DNA of 64,000 nucleotides from a phage, in sequence record PQ826431.1, one strand, 5' to 3'. Both the position numbers and the translations under genes were made by a program. The first letter of the stretch is position 1, and each line of letters opens with the position of its first letter. This document shows, one piece after another, positions 62,339 through 64,000 of the stretch. Below the pieces are notes generated by a model. It was given only the letters and a program-made list of their open reading frames with translations, searched no databases and was not told the origin of the DNA.

Positions 62339-62674
62339 ATGGAATTTCAAGAAGCATGGGGACTTGCAAAGGATGCAATAATCCCTTTAATCGGAGTCAT
62401 CTGGTTCTTTTTCAAACAAAAAATGGATAAATTCGGCTCTGATCTTGAGGAAATGGAGGAGAAAAGTCGAGAGCTAGAGAAGAAGTTGGTCTTTGTTGAA
62501 TCAACTTATGCAACTAAAGCCGAACTTACCCAGATGCTAAATCAAATTAACTCTACATTAATGGCAAATAATAACACCCTTGAGCAAAAAATTGAAAAGA
62601 TTATGGACCTCAAGAATGCGACTATCCAAATGATGCTAGATGACATAGTTAAACGTACACAGAATAAGGGGTAA
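62339..62674 (+). CDS. small membrane-anchored coiled-coil protein (111 aa)
   Basis: N-terminal hydrophobic segment 'AIIPLIGVIWFFF' then coiled coil. Confidence 0.4.
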   Translation: MEFQEAWGLAKDAIIPLIGVIWFFFKQKMDKFGSDLEEMEEKSRELEKKLVFVESTYATKAELTQMLNQINSTLMANNNTLEQKIEKIMDLKNATIQMMLDDIVKRTQNKG

Positions 62675-62677
62675 TTA

Positions 62678-64000
62678 ATGGCAACATTCCCAACATATCC
62701 AGCAACGTCTCTCGAACAGGGCGTAGACCTGGTTATTTTCTCATCTAACCAACTCCATGATGTTATTAATGGAAGTGCTACAGAGAGTATTGAAACAGAA
62801 TCAGGGTTGATACCAACCCTGAGAAAAGCCCTTGTTGACAACTTTTTCTTTAAAAGCCCATTGGATTGGGCGCAAGGCACAAACGAAACAGTTTTTAACC
62901 AACTTCGTTATTTCCAGAATGGAGTATTGAGCGGTTATTACTATGCCCCTAACGCTACATTGGTTAACCCAATCCCTATGCAAGGGACTCCAGTAGGAGA
63001 TAACAACTGGGTATTGTGGGGACTGAAGACAGAACAATTGGCAACAGAAGTCACCCCTTGGGTATATTCTGGTGCAACTGGTTATGAAACAGTAATTAGT
63101 CCTCCTTACATCTTTGATAGTGCTATTGTTACGATCAATGGTGTTATTCAGGTTCTGGGGGAAGCTTTCCGTATAGAAGATAGTAAGATCATCTTATCTG
63201 AACCTTTGGGACACGATCCTGCAACAGGACTGCCAAACAAACTTTTTGCTTATATTGGCAAAATCGTAGCTTCAGCAGATACAGATCCTAATCTAGAGAA
63301 CCGTCTTGTTAGTTTAGAAACAAAAACGGAAGAACTAACAGAAAGCATGGATAAAGTCCCTCTGCAAACTATTGCTCGTAAGTATGGTTTGTTAGATGAT
63401 GAGGTGGCTTACGCAACAGCAGGTCAATCGTTAACAGGGATTAAAGCTCTGTATGATCCGGTAGCGCAGTCTTCCTACACATTACCTCCTAACATTACAG
63501 GCACTTTAACATCCTTGTCTGTTTCTGGAGTAATGACTTATTCTGGAGGATCTGTAGACCTTTCTGCACTGGCTGTTGAGCGTGGACAGTTTGTTCATTT
63601 GCCTACAAGCTTTGGTAATAATGTAACTCTGACAGCTAAAAATCAGACGATTGGACGTGGCGCTGGTCGTTATCGTTGGGCTGGAAGTTTACCAAAAAGT
63701 ATTTTGGCTTCCGATACCTTGGAGACGAGCGGAGGATTAGGTCCAAATGCATGGGTTCTGACTAATACAGAAGGACTGTTAACCCCTCGTGGTGGAACAT
63801 ACAACGATTTATTCGATGTTGTCTACTTGTCCGAATTTGCTAACAATATAACTACCTATACCACACCAGAAGCAGCTTTCCAAGCGGCACTGTTAGCAGC
63901 AAAAGCTTCGAAAAGCAAGATTCTCGATGCTTACGGTTGCGATATGACTTTCACGACAAGCTCTTTTGATATTCAAGGTATCACTTTGCGTGGGGGTGTG
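62678..64000 (+). CDS. tail fiber/tailspike protein, partial (continues beyond window)
   Basis: Manual translation from ATG at 62678 (MATFPTYPATSLEQG...) appears open to the window end; N-terminal region resembles the N-terminus of the 56474 tailspike-like protein in character; not in ORF track because no stop is reached. Confidence 0.45.
   Translation, partial: MATFPTYPATSLEQGVDLVIFSSNQLHDVINGSATESIETESGLIPTLRKALVDNFFFKSPLDWAQGTNETVFNQLRYFQNGVLSGYYYAPNATLVNPIPMQGTPVGDNNWVLWGLKTEQLATEVTPWVYSGATGYETVISPPYIFDSAIVTINGVIQVLGEAFRIEDSKIILSEPLGHDPATGLPNKLFAYIGKIVASADTDPNLENRLVSLETKTEELTESMDKVPLQTIARKYGLLDDEVAYATAGQSLTGIKALYDPVAQSSYTLPPNITGTLTSLSVSGVMTYSGGSVDLSALAVERGQFVHLPTSFGNNVTLTAKNQTIGRGAGRYRWAGSLPKSILASDTLETSGGLGPNAWVLTNTEGLLTPRGGTYNDLFDVVYLSEFANNITTYTTPEAAFQAALLAAKASKSKILDAYGCDMTFTTSSFDIQGITLRGGV

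Noticed and set aside
1-64000. Integrase, excisionase, CI-like repressor or attachment site (temperate lifestyle)
   Set aside because: No tyrosine or serine recombinase motifs or repressor-like ORFs were recognised; gene content (NrdAB, ThyX, lysozyme e, homing endonucleases, tRNAs) indicates a virulent phage, although the window is only part of the genome.

Overview
This window reads as a contiguous piece of a tailed dsDNA phage genome, probably a virulent contractile-tailed (myovirus-like) phage of an enterobacterial host; no integrase or repressor module was seen. Three blocks are visible. (1) Positions 1-28143 are a densely packed leftward (minus-strand) early/DNA-metabolism region: Ser/Thr phosphatase, Ntn-hydrolase-like peptidase, PhoH, T4-type lysozyme, glutaredoxin, RmlD and RmlC, class Ia ribonucleotide reductase NrdB/NrdA split by an HNH homing-endonuclease gene, ThyX-like thymidylate synthase, deoxyribonucleotidase, endonuclease VII-like protein, DnaQ-type exonuclease, a second HNH-AP2 endonuclease, a DNA ligase-like protein, a kinase / RNA-ligase / metallophosphoesterase RNA-repair cassette, and many small hypothetical early genes. 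(2) Positions 28144-31800 hold a divergent AT-rich control region followed by a cluster of at least 12 tRNA genes with sigma70-like promoters and structured spacers. (3) Positions 31853-64000 are a rightward late/structural module: overlapped spanin pair, large terminase carrying a mini-intein in its Walker A P-loop, portal, scaffold, decoration and lambda gpE-like major capsid protein, connector proteins, putative sheath and tube, frameshifted tail chaperone, tape measure, baseplate proteins and tail fibers/tailspike. The most interesting items are the three-gene RNA-repair cassette next to the tRNA cluster, the intein in the terminase, free-standing homing endonucleases, phage-borne rmlC/rmlD, a proteasome-like Ntn hydrolase, and a 147-codon coding-like frame with no ATG/GTG/TTG start. 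All calls come from reading the sequence and the supplied ORF translations; no database search was run. Coordinates I derived by hand (tRNAs, hairpins, promoters, intein, slip site) may be off by 1-2 nt.
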